Source: Phycisphaerae bacterium
GTDB taxonomy: Bacteria; Planctomycetota; Phycisphaerae; Phycisphaerales; UBA1924
Direction of reading: 5' to 3'
Assembly: GCA_016873295.1 (NCBI GenBank)
Contig: VGXM01000006.1
Location: 44,525-108,524, forward strand
Length of the DNA: 64,000 nucleotides
Shown here in pieces: positions 17,415-26,230 of this stretch. Below the pieces are notes generated by a model. The model saw nothing but the letters and a program-made list of their open reading frames with translations. It was not told where the DNA came from and searched no databases. Position 1 is the first letter of the stretch, and each line of letters opens with the position of its first letter. The position numbers and the translations under genes were made by a program.

Positions 17415-19685
17415 ATGAAGCGGTTCATCGCCACGCTGGGCTTGGTATCCATTCTCTTCTCTGCAGACGGCGTGGCCCAGACACCCCTGGGAACGGGTTT
17501 CACGTACCAAGGGGAACTGAACAACGCCGGCAACCCCGCCAACGGGGCCTATGACCTGCGGTTCCGGCTCCTCAACGCCGCCGCGGGCGGAAGCCAGGTC
17601 GGCAATACCCTCTGCGCCGACAACGTTGCGGTGACCAACGGCCGCTTCACGGTTTCGCTGGACTTCGGCGCACAGTTCGCCGGGCAGCAGCGGTTCCTTG
17701 CCATCGAAGTTCGGGCCGACACGGGGCTCGACTGCTCCAACGCCGCCGGCTTCACCGCCCTCCTGCCTCTGCAGGAACTCAGCGCCGTCCCCAACGCCGC
17801 CTTCGCCCTCGCCGCCACCACGGCCACGACCGCGACCACCGCGAGCAACGCCACGCTGCTCAACGGGCAGGGGGCGTCCTTCTATCAGAACGCCTCCAAC
17901 CTCACGGCCGGCACACTCCCCGGTGGCCTGCTCAGCGGGATCTACTCCAGCCCCCTGACCTTCAGCAACGCGGGCAACGCTTTCACCGGGTCGTTCTCGG
18001 GCTCGGGCGCGGGTCTGACAGCCCTCAACGCCTCGAACCTGGGAACCGGAACGCTCGCCGACGCACGCCTCTCCACCAACGTCGCCCTGCTCAGTACCCC
18101 CCAGGCCTTCACCGCCGGCAAGACGTTCTCCGGGGGGCTTTCGACCAACGCCTTCACCCTGACCACGGGCGCGGCGGCGGGCAGCGTGCTCCGCTCCGAC
18201 GCGGGCGGCGCGGGGACCTGGCAGCCCCCTCCGCCCCCATCCGGCGCGGCGGGCGGCGGCCTGGCGGGGACGTATCCCAATCCCTCGATCGCCGCCGATG
18301 CGGTCCTGAGCGGGAACCTCGGTAGCGATCCCGCGTCGCTCGGAAGGGTCTCCGGGGGCGCGGTGTACACCAACGGCGATTTCGTGGGGATCGGCACCGC
18401 CACGGGCATCGGCGCCGCCCGCTTCGTGGTCAGCCAGAACACGGGCGGTTTCGGCGGGATGTATGTCAACACGTCGGCCGCAACGGGGTTGCCGTTCTAC
18501 GGCTACGCCCAGGGCGGCTCCATCGCCGCGTATCACTACCTCGACGGCGGGGAGGGCAACAAGTGGAAACTCATCAATGGCGGGGTCCGGATGACGGTGA
18601 CGAGCGGCGGCGATGTGGGCATTGGAACCACGAGCCCCACGTCCCGGCTTGACGTGGTTGGAAGCGGAGGGGACGCGTTGCTGGTCACCAACACCGGAAC
18701 CGGCCGCGGGGCCACCATCAACGCCCAGACCGGCACGGCGCTCTGGGCCAACACGACCAGCGGCATGGCGGGCGTCGATGCGCGCAACGCGAATCCATCG
18801 GGCATGGGGGTCTATGGCCTGGCCAGCGCGAGCACCGGCACGGCCTACGGGGTAGCGGGCCAGAGCCTCAGCGCGGGAGGGATTGGCGTCCTGGGCCACG
18901 CCAGCGCCGGCGGCGGTGAGACCTACGGCGTCGCGGGCCGGTGCGACAGCACCGGAGGGGCGGGCGTCTTCGGCCAGGTCACCGCCACGACCGGCGCCAA
19001 CTACGGCGTGTTCGGCCGGAGCGACAGCACGTCCGGGACCGGTGTCTACGGCGCGGCCTGGGCCAACAGCGGCACGATCTACGGCGTGCACGGCTACGCG
19101 AGCGCCTCCAGCGGCGGGTACGCTGTCTTCGCCAGCGGCCGATCCGGGGCCAGCGGCACCAAGTCGTTCCGCATCGACCACCCTGACGACCCCGAGAACA
19201 AGTACCTGCTCCATTACAGCACCGAGTCGCCCGAGATCCTCAACGCGTACTCGGGCACGATCGCCCTGGACGCCGCTGGCGGGGCCGTGGTCGAACTGCC
19301 GCGCTACTTCGCCAAGATCAACAGGAATCCGCGGTACACGCTCACCGCCGTGGGCGCTCCCATGCCGATGCTGCACGTGGCCGAGGAGATTGACGAGGCC
19401 GCGCTGATCTCAGGGGCCACGGCCGGACCCGCCGACGTGGCGCCCCTCTGCTCGTTCCGGATCGCGGGCGGAGCCCCCGGGCGCAAGGTCTCCTGGCGCG
19501 TCGAGGCGGTCCGCAACGACCGCTGGATCCAGCAGCACGGCGCGCCCGTCGAGGTCGAGAAGTCGGGCGCCGAGAAGGGCACGTACCAGCATCCGGACCT
19601 CTACGGCCGGCCCGCCACGGAGGGCATCGGGTTCCGTCCCAATCTCAGCGGTGGCAAGGCTCCGCCCAGCCCGGACCATCCGTAG
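17415..19685 (+). CDS. secreted glycine-rich tail-fibre-like surface protein (beta-helical repeat protein)
   Basis: An acggaggt RBS precedes the ATG. The signal peptide is MKRFIATLGLVSILFSADGVAQ. Long Gly/Ser/Thr/Ala/Asn repeat tracts include LTAGTLPGGLLSGIYSSPLTFSNAGNAFTGSFSGSGAGLTALNASNLGTGTLADARL. The segment VGIGTTSPTSRLDVVG is typical of phage tail-fibre-like proteins. Repeated YGVxG motifs occur (TAYGVAGQS, ETYGVAGRC, ANYGVFGRS, TIYGVHGYA). The C-terminal domain reads KSFRIDHPDDPENKYLLHYSTESPEILNAYSGT. The overlapping antisense ORF 17244..19376 is rejected. Confidence 0.8.
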   Translation: MKRFIATLGLVSILFSADGVAQTPLGTGFTYQGELNNAGNPANGAYDLRFRLLNAAAGGSQVGNTLCADNVAVTNGRFTVSLDFGAQFAGQQRFLAIEVRADTGLDCSNAAGFTALLPLQELSAVPNAAFALAATTATTATTASNATLLNGQGASFYQNASNLTAGTLPGGLLSGIYSSPLTFSNAGNAFTGSFSGSGAGLTALNASNLGTGTLADARLSTNVALLSTPQAFTAGKTFSGGLSTNAFTLTTGAAAGSVLRSDAGGAGTWQPPPPPSGAAGGGLAGTYPNPSIAADAVLSGNLGSDPASLGRVSGGAVYTNGDFVGIGTATGIGAARFVVSQNTGGFGGMYVNTSAATGLPFYGYAQGGSIAAYHYLDGGEGNKWKLINGGVRMTVTSGGDVGIGTTSPTSRLDVVGSGGDALLVTNTGTGRGATINAQTGTALWANTTSGMAGVDARNANPSGMGVYGLASASTGTAYGVAGQSLSAGGIGVLGHASAGGGETYGVAGRCDSTGGAGVFGQVTATTGANYGVFGRSDSTSGTGVYGAAWANSGTIYGVHGYASASSGGYAVFASGRSGASGTKSFRIDHPDDPENKYLLHYSTESPEILNAYSGTIALDAAGGAVVELPRYFAKINRNPRYTLTAVGAPMPMLHVAEEIDEAALISGATAGPADVAPLCSFRIAGGAPGRKVSWRVEAVRNDRWIQQHGAPVEVEKSGAEKGTYQHPDLYGRPATEGIGFRPNLSGGKAPPSPDHP

Positions 19686-19830
19686 CGGCCCGGGGCTCGC
19701 CCTCGATCGCGGTGCGACGGCAGAACTCAGCGACTTCGATGAGCATGGTGGTTCCAGTGCCGCATGGAGCTGGAGAAGCCCACCACTGTACGAACGCCCG
19801 CGCCCGAGCCGTTTCGAACGAACTGCCCGG

Positions 19831-20016
19831 CATCAAGGCCCGACTCAGCGGCCGCTGTAAACCAGACCGCCCGACTCTCTCCCGCCCGCCGAGAGTCTCG
19901 CCCCGAGAGGACCGCCGGGCCCCCGTTTCGCCAAGGGGTTGGCCCACACGCCGAACCACAGAGCGCTCTCGCGAGCGCGCCCCCTCCGCCCGCAGCGCGG
20001 TTTCCCACGCGGTTTG
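19831..20016. repeat. copy 2 of the 185-bp direct repeat (R2), immediately downstream of the tail-fibre-like gene and upstream of the CgeB-like glycosyltransferase
   Basis: Near-identical to 16867..17051. The two copies are 2964 bp apart in the same orientation. Confidence 0.85.
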
Positions 20017-20661
20017 CGGGGGGCTCCCGCGGGCCCTCATCCATGCGGGCAACTCTCGCCTGCACGACCTCTCAGGACGCGCCCCCGGCTCGGCTGGCGC
20101 ACGTGTTTGGCACCCCTCACAAGCCGCGAGGATGGTACAAACCCCCCGAAACTCCGATCCGGCGGGCCCCGCCGGGCCGATCCAACTCCGCAGCCCGTGT
20201 CCACTCCTCCCGCGCCAACCCGGCGTCTCGACGCCCCCGCGCTCCCAACGAGCCCCACGCGCGAGCGTGGGGACTCCGCGCCTGCCCCCCACTGCGCCTC
20301 TCCTGCCCCGTGGGCCGCGCTCCACCAGTCGCTGGCCCGCTGGCGCGCTGCCGCGACCGACGCCGACGCGCTCCTCGCCGCGGCCCAGGCGCTGACCAAC
20401 CTCGCCCTCACCACCGCCGCGCGCGACCACCTGGCCCTGCTCCCGCAACCCGGCGCCCCGCCTGATTCGAACGCCGCGCCGCCGGACGCGCCGATCCCCG
20501 CCGACCATCTCATCGCGACCGCCCAGGCCAACGCGCGCGCTCTCTCGGAACGCGGCGTCGAACTGTCCCTCCCTTTCGACGCCTGGCGGGCACGGCTCGC
20601 CCACACCTTCTTCTACCGGGCCGCCGACGGCAACGTCGTCAGGCGCAGGCTCCTGCCCGGC

Positions 20662-22650
20662 TTGCCCCCCTCCTGGTCGCGCTTCAACGACGACCTCGCC
20701 GCCGCCCAGAGCGTGCCGCTGGCCCTCGCCGACCCTTCCGACCCCATCGGGCGCGACGCCAAGCCCGTGATTCTCGAGGGCCTCGACCCACCCTGGCTCT
20801 TCGGGCGGGTCATGCGCCTCACGCCCCCCAGCCCCGCCGGCTACCAGCCCTGGGTCGTGCTCGTGCAGGCCGACCCGCTCCAGTTCCTCGACGGCCTGGC
20901 CCTCGCCGACCTGCGCACGGAACTGGCCGACCCGCGCCTGTCGGTCTTCGTGGGCCCGACCGCCGGCTCGGGCGTGCTGGCGTTCCTTCGAGCCCGTCTC
21001 GGCACGTCGATCCAGGCCACGCCCCTGCGCCTCCCCACCACCGCCGCCCGCACCAATCCGCCCCTCGAACAGGTCCTGACCCAGGCCCTGCGCGAGCAGG
21101 AGGCGGATCTGGCGTCCCTCCTGGCGCAGAACCGGCGCACCTACGCCGGTCGCGACGCCACGTGGTGGTCGCGGCGGTTCTCCGATCCGGGCTCGACGCC
21201 GCTGCGGGCCCTGATCCCGACGACGCGGTACTCCACCTTCGTGCGCCACTCGGCCCAGGACCTGGCCGCCGCCCTGCGGGAAGCCGGCTGGCGCGCCGAG
21301 GTCCTGGAGGAGCCCGACCCATCCAGCCAGCACTCCACCAACGGGTACGCCCGGGCCGTGCGCGCGCTGGAGCCCGACCTGGTGGTGCTGATCAACTACG
21401 AGCGGGTCACGGTGGCGCACGCGATGCCGGCGGAGACGCCCGTGCTGACCTGGGTACAGGACTCGCTGCCGCACCTCTTCGAGGGGCGGGCGGGCGGCCC
21501 GCTGGACCTGGTCGCCGGGTGCATCTCGGCGGGGGCGATGGAGGCGCGGGGGTATCGGCCCGGGCACGCGCGGGAGGCGCCGGTGCCGGCGCGGGCGGCG
21601 AAGTTCCACGTGGGACACGTCGACGCGAATGCGCGCGCGCGGCTGACGTGCGACGTCGCCTACGTCGGGCACCAGAGCCGGACGCCCGAGGAGTTCCTCC
21701 GGGCGGGGCTGGCGGCGGTGGGGGACGACCCGATCATGCACCGGGTGCTGGAGTCGCTGTACGTGCGCACGAGCGACGCCGCGGCCCGGGTGCTGGACGT
21801 GAACCTCTTCGACGCCCTGGCGGGGGCGGTGCACGGGGCGTGGTGGGCCGCGACGGGGGAGGCGCCCCCGGCGGAGCGGGCCCGGCGGCTGCTGTTCGGG
21901 CACGCGGTGCCGCTGGCGGACCGGCTCCTGAGGCACACCACGCTGGCGTGGGTCGCGGAGATCTGCCGTCGGCGGGGGTGGTCGTTCCACCTCTACGGGA
22001 CCGGGTGGGAGCGGCACCCGACGCTCTCGGCGTACGCGCGCGGGGCGGTGGAGCACGGGGAGGAGCTGCGTGGCGCGTATTCGTGCGCGCGGGCGCACGT
22101 GCACGTCTCGTCGACGGCGATGGCGCACCAGCGGGTGTTCGAGTGCGCCCTGTCGGGGGGGCTCCCGCTGTGCCGGCTGGCGCTGCCGGAGCTGCAGCAA
22201 TGGTCGCTGGTCGGGGCGTGGTGGGCGATGGAGCGCGCGGGGACGCGGCCCCGGCACGACCGCGAGGCGTTCCCCACGCTGGCGGTCGCCGACTCGCCCG
22301 AACTGATGATGGCGACGCGGGTGCGCCAGCTCGTGCGGGGCGGCGAGGCGCCCGCGGTGGTCGATCCGAACACCTGGCCCGGGTGGCTGCGGGCGGCCCT
22401 GCGGCGCGACGACCCTCCCGACCGGAGGGTGATGGCGGCATGGGTGATCGGGGACCTGTCCGAATCGTGCTTCTGGGACCGGGCGAGCCTGGAGGCCCGG
22501 CTGGAGAGGGCGGTGACGCGCCCGGAGTGGCGCGACGACCTGTCGCGGGGGATCGCGGAGCGGGCGTGCACGGCCGAGGCGTTCGCGCGGTCGATCCCGG
22601 GGTGGGTGGCGCGGGCCTTCCACGCGGGGACGGCGGCGGCGGCGGCGTAG
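20662..22650 (+). CDS. CgeB-like (DUF3880 plus Glyco_trans_1_2-type) glycosyltransferase; the start is uncertain
   Basis: The C-terminal region ...PVLTWVQDSLPHLFEGR...DVAYVGHQSRTPEEFL...LYGTGWERHPTLSAYARGAVEHGEELRGAYSCARAHVHVSSTAMAHQRVFECALSGGLPLC resembles CgeB/spore-maturation-type GT1-like domains. The frame is open back to 19939 but overlaps repeat R2. The first canonical in-frame start after a protein-like stretch is TTG 20662 (GTG 20713 and ATG 20809 also possible). The protein-like sequence from about 20290 may indicate an unusual start or a frameshift. Confidence 0.55.
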   Translation: MPPSWSRFNDDLAAAQSVPLALADPSDPIGRDAKPVILEGLDPPWLFGRVMRLTPPSPAGYQPWVVLVQADPLQFLDGLALADLRTELADPRLSVFVGPTAGSGVLAFLRARLGTSIQATPLRLPTTAARTNPPLEQVLTQALREQEADLASLLAQNRRTYAGRDATWWSRRFSDPGSTPLRALIPTTRYSTFVRHSAQDLAAALREAGWRAEVLEEPDPSSQHSTNGYARAVRALEPDLVVLINYERVTVAHAMPAETPVLTWVQDSLPHLFEGRAGGPLDLVAGCISAGAMEARGYRPGHAREAPVPARAAKFHVGHVDANARARLTCDVAYVGHQSRTPEEFLRAGLAAVGDDPIMHRVLESLYVRTSDAAARVLDVNLFDALAGAVHGAWWAATGEAPPAERARRLLFGHAVPLADRLLRHTTLAWVAEICRRRGWSFHLYGTGWERHPTLSAYARGAVEHGEELRGAYSCARAHVHVSSTAMAHQRVFECALSGGLPLCRLALPELQQWSLVGAWWAMERAGTRPRHDREAFPTLAVADSPELMMATRVRQLVRGGEAPAVVDPNTWPGWLRAALRRDDPPDRRVMAAWVIGDLSESCFWDRASLEARLERAVTRPEWRDDLSRGIAERACTAEAFARSIPGWVARAFHAGTAAAAA

Positions 22651-22716
22651 ATCGCGGTGGAAGCGGGGCCTGAAAGGCCCCGCCCCGGTCTGCAAGGTCC
22701 CGGCCCGGATGAGTCG

Positions 22717-24372
22717 ATGGAGGGTGCGATGGCGGTCGGCGGCAAGATCGTGGACCTTCCGACGCTCTTGGAGCGGCGCGAGTCGCTGCGGGCGCGGGGG
22801 CTGCGCCTGGTGCAGTGCCACGGGTGCTTCGACATCGTGCATCCCGGGCACATCCGCTATCTGCGCTACGCGCGGGGGCTGGGCGACGTGCTGCTCGTCT
22901 CGATCACGGGCGACCGGGAGATGGTCAAGGGGACGGGCCGCCCGCTGATCCCGGAGGAGCTGCGGGCCGAGAACCTGGCGGCCCTGGACTGCGTGGACTG
23001 GGTGTACGTGGAGCCGCGTCCGACGGCGGTAGAGCTGCTGGCGCGGGTGCGCCCGGACGTGTACGTCAAGGGGCGGGAGTACGAGTTCAACGACGACCCG
23101 CGGTTCCGGGCGGAGCGGCGCGAGGTGGAGGGCGCGGGCGGCAGGGTGGTGTTCAGCTCGGGGGACGTGGTGTTCAGCTCGTCGGCGCTGATCGCGGCCC
23201 TGGAGCACTCGGCGGACCCGTACCAGCAGCGGCTGCGGCAACTGCACGCGTCGCCCGACCTGGAGGCGTCGCGGCTGGACGCGCTGCTGGCGTCGTGCCG
23301 GGGCCGGCGCCTCGTGGTGGTGGGCGAGACCATCAACGACACCTACGTCTTCTGCGACCGCCCCGAGGTCGCGGGCGAGAGCCCGATCATGACGCTGCGG
23401 CCCGTGGAGGCCAGGCGCTACGACGGCGGGGCGGCGGTGATCGCCCGGCACGCGGCGGCCTTGGGGGCCAGCCCCGTGCTGGTGACGGCCCTTCCCGACG
23501 GCCCGGAGCGGAGCGATGCCGAGGCCTTCGCCGGGCGGATGCGGGCCCAGGGCGTCGAGGTGCGGTCGATCGACGCGGGGGAGCGGATCCCCGAGAAGCA
23601 GCGCCTGCTGGTGGGGGCGCAGAAGGTGATGAAGCTGGACCTGTTCCGCCCCTACGCGCTGGACGCGGCCCTGCAGGACCGGTTCGTCGGGCTGGCGGTG
23701 GAGGCGGCCGGGAGCGGGTGCGACGCGGCGATCCTGGCCGACTTCGGGCTCGGGCTCTTCTCGACCGCGCTCGTGGAGCGGATGTGCGCGACGCTCCGTC
23801 CCCTGGCCCGCACGCTCTCGGCGGACGTCTCCGGTCGGCGTTCGAGCCTGCTCTCGATGCGGGGCGTGGACCTGGTGTGCCCGACGGAGGGGGAGCTGCG
23901 CGACGCGACCCAGTGCTTCGACGAGAGCATCCCGGCGGCGGTGGTGTCGCTCCTGGCGCGGACGGGCGCGAAGCGCGCGATCGTGACGCTGGGCTCGGAC
24001 GGGCTGCTGGCGTGCGAGCCCGCGGGCGCGCCCCTCGCCGCCTCCGATGCGCCCACGGCGCCCGACACCGGCGCGTTCGTCTCGCGGCTGCGGAGCGAGC
24101 ACGTCCCGGCCCTGGCGCCGCTGGCGCTGGACCCGCTGGGGTGCGGCGACGCGCTGCTGACGGTGGCGACGCTGGCGCTCTCGGGCGGGGGGTCGACGCT
24201 GGGCGCGGCGTACCTGGGCGCCGCCGCCGCCGCCGTGCAGGTCCAGCGGCTGGGCAACGGCGCCGTCTCGGCTTCGGACCTGCGCCAGTTGATGGCCCGC
24301 GTGCGCGAGGCGCGCCTGGCGTTCGTGAGCGAGGCGGAGGCCAGGCCGCGTCGGCGGTCGGCGGCGGGATAG
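22717..24372 (+). CDS. bifunctional sugar-1-phosphate nucleotidyltransferase and PfkB-family sugar kinase (HldE/RfaE-like, domain order reversed)
   Basis: The N-terminal part LVQCHGCFDIVHPGHIRYLRYARGLGDVLLVSITGDREMVKGTGRPLIPEELRAENLAALDCVDWVYV is a cytidylyltransferase-like HxGH domain (RfaE domain II). The C-terminal part RLVVVGETINDTYVFCD...DPLGCGDALL is a ribokinase/PfkB domain (RfaE domain I). Alternative starts are 22657 and 22729. Confidence 0.8.
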   Translation: MEGAMAVGGKIVDLPTLLERRESLRARGLRLVQCHGCFDIVHPGHIRYLRYARGLGDVLLVSITGDREMVKGTGRPLIPEELRAENLAALDCVDWVYVEPRPTAVELLARVRPDVYVKGREYEFNDDPRFRAERREVEGAGGRVVFSSGDVVFSSSALIAALEHSADPYQQRLRQLHASPDLEASRLDALLASCRGRRLVVVGETINDTYVFCDRPEVAGESPIMTLRPVEARRYDGGAAVIARHAAALGASPVLVTALPDGPERSDAEAFAGRMRAQGVEVRSIDAGERIPEKQRLLVGAQKVMKLDLFRPYALDAALQDRFVGLAVEAAGSGCDAAILADFGLGLFSTALVERMCATLRPLARTLSADVSGRRSSLLSMRGVDLVCPTEGELRDATQCFDESIPAAVVSLLARTGAKRAIVTLGSDGLLACEPAGAPLAASDAPTAPDTGAFVSRLRSEHVPALAPLALDPLGCGDALLTVATLALSGGGSTLGAAYLGAAAAAVQVQRLGNGAVSASDLRQLMARVREARLAFVSEAEARPRRRSAAG

Positions 24373-24628
24373 GGGCGGGATGGGGGAGGGTGAGGAGTGC
24401 CTTCTGCGAGGCCGGTCTTCACCACGGAGCACACGGAGAGCACAGAGGAAGAAGACTCTTGAGTTCAAGGCATCCCGAACTTCGCGTTTGCGTGGCGTCG
24501 GGTCATGGCCGGGTCCTGGGATGGCCTCCGCACGGGCGGGAAACCCGTGGGAGCGGGGGGCGGAGAGCTGGGACACCGCCCGGAGGCCGGTGCCGCCGAG
24601 CGGTGGGGGATCGCATGCGGGGGCCGCG

Positions 24629-25708
24629 ATGATCACGTACGTCATTCCGACCCGAGACCGTCACGGGCGCCTGTCGGCGACGCTGGACGCGATCTCGGCG
24701 CTGGGGCGGCAGCGCGACGCGGAGGTCATCGTCGTCGACAACGCGTCGGCGGAGGCGGTCGTGGCCCCGGTGCGGCTGGCGTCGGGCGTGCCCGTGCGGG
24801 TCATCCGGCTGGGGCGGAACCTCGGGGCGGCGGCCCGCAACGTGGGCGTGCGGCACGCGGCGGGCGACTGGGCGGTGATGCTGGACGATGACTCGTACCC
24901 GCTGGACCTGGGGTTCGTCGGCGGGCTGCGCGGGGCGCCGGCGGAGGTGGCGGCGGTGTCGGCGGACATCCGGCTCTCGGGCGGGCGCGAGCAGGGCGGG
25001 CTGCCCGAGGTGTTCATCGGGTGCGGCGTGGCGATCCGCGTGCCCGTGTTCATCGCGCTGCGGGGCTACGACGCGGCGTTCGACTACTACGCCGAGGAAT
25101 ACGACCTGGCGGCCCGCATGCTCCTGGCGGGGTACCGCGTGGCGTTCGACCCGGCGTTCCGCGTGGAGCACGCCAAGGTGGCGCAGGGACGCGACATGGG
25201 GACGATCCTGTCGCGGCTGGTCCGCAACAGCGGGTGGGTGATCCAGCGGTACGCCCCGGCGGGGGAGCGGCGTGCCACGCTCCGCGCCCTGCGGCGGCGG
25301 TACCTCGCCATCGCGCGCAAGGAGTCGGCGGGGGCCGGGTGGGGCCGAGGGGCGATCGAGCTGCGGGCCACCATTCGGGGTCAGGTCCGCCGGGAGATGC
25401 CGCGGGGGCTGTGGGATCGCTTCACGGGCCTTTTCCACGCGCGCGAGGCGTTGCAGGCCGCGTTCCGCCGATCGCCGTTCCGAACCGCGACGCTGGTCGA
25501 TCCGGGGAAGAACCAGGAACTGGTGGCGCTGGCGCTGGCGGAGCTGGGCGTGAGGGTGGTCGCCGGGGACGCCGAGGCCCTGGTCATCGGGACGCTCTCG
25601 CCCGGGCCCATGCTCGATGCGCTGGAGCGCCGGGCGGGGTCGGGCGCGCGCGTCGTGGCCCCGTGGGGCGTCGCGGAGGCGATGGGCCCGGCCCGGCGCG
25701 CGGCCTGA
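24629..25708 (+). CDS. glycosyltransferase family 2
   Basis: MITYVIPTRDRHGRLSATLDAISALGRQRDAEVIVVDNASAE...AVMLDDDSYP is a GT-A fold with DxD. The ATG is at 24629. The upstream part of ORF 24380..25708 is rejected. Confidence 0.85.
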   Translation: MITYVIPTRDRHGRLSATLDAISALGRQRDAEVIVVDNASAEAVVAPVRLASGVPVRVIRLGRNLGAAARNVGVRHAAGDWAVMLDDDSYPLDLGFVGGLRGAPAEVAAVSADIRLSGGREQGGLPEVFIGCGVAIRVPVFIALRGYDAAFDYYAEEYDLAARMLLAGYRVAFDPAFRVEHAKVAQGRDMGTILSRLVRNSGWVIQRYAPAGERRATLRALRRRYLAIARKESAGAGWGRGAIELRATIRGQVRREMPRGLWDRFTGLFHAREALQAAFRRSPFRTATLVDPGKNQELVALALAELGVRVVAGDAEALVIGTLSPGPMLDALERRAGSGARVVAPWGVAEAMGPARRAA

Positions 25709-25833
25709 TTCGAACCACGGACATGACCGTCCCACGACGGTCGGGGCTCCGACCGACAGTCGTGCCCGAAGACACCACTGTGCCCCGAGCGGCACAGTCG
25801 TGGCACGGGTTGTGGCACGCCATTCTGGCCGTA

Positions 25834-26201
25834 GTGCGAGTCGGAAGAACGTGCACCAGGGCGCCGGCGGGCGCCGCGGGTGCCACGGGCGATCCGCCCG
25901 GCGGATCGCCCGTGCCGGCCGTTCGGACGGGCCTCGAACAGCCGCACGGGTCATCGGGCGAAGCGCCCGATGACCCGTGGCACCCGGAGCGCCCCGTCCA
26001 CGGACTTCCAGCTCGCGTCACTCGTCGTGCGAGTCGGAAGAACGTGCACCAAGGCGCCGGCGGGCGCCGCGGGTGCCACGGGCGATCCGCCTTGCGGATC
26101 GCCCGTGCCGGAGTCCGGACGGGCGTTGAACAGCCGCACGGGTCATCGGGCGAAGCGCCCGATGACCCGTGGCACCCGGAGCGCTCCGTTCACGGACTTC
26201 C
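25834..26201 (+). repeat. two tandem copies (A1 25834-26009, A2 26027-26201) of a 176-bp hairpin-rich REP/MITE-like element
   Basis: The unit is gtgcgagtcggaagaacgtgcacc...cacgggcgatccgcc-cgg-cggatcgcccgtg (14-bp perfect stem)...cacgggtcatcgggcg-aag-cgcccgatgacccgtg (16-bp perfect stem)...cggacttcc. The termini form short inverted repeats (gagtcggaag / cggacttcc). The copies lie about 125 bp downstream of the plus-strand GT2 gene, in its orientation. Confidence 0.85.
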
Positions 26202-26230
26202 GGCGCACGCCACGAGCCCGCGGCCCCCGC

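Noticed and set aside
19645-24645. 1666-aa minus-strand ORF, the longest in the window
   Set aside because: It is Arg/Gly/Pro-rich low-complexity antisense translation. It lies opposite three well-supported plus-strand genes (CgeB-like GT, HldE-like, GT2) and has no recognisable domains. This is the typical high-GC artefact.
25834-26201. Possible CRISPR array suggested by tandem repeats
   Set aside because: The units are about 176 bp, directly abutting (7-bp gap), with no unique spacers and no cas genes. They are a hairpin-bearing repeat element, not CRISPR.
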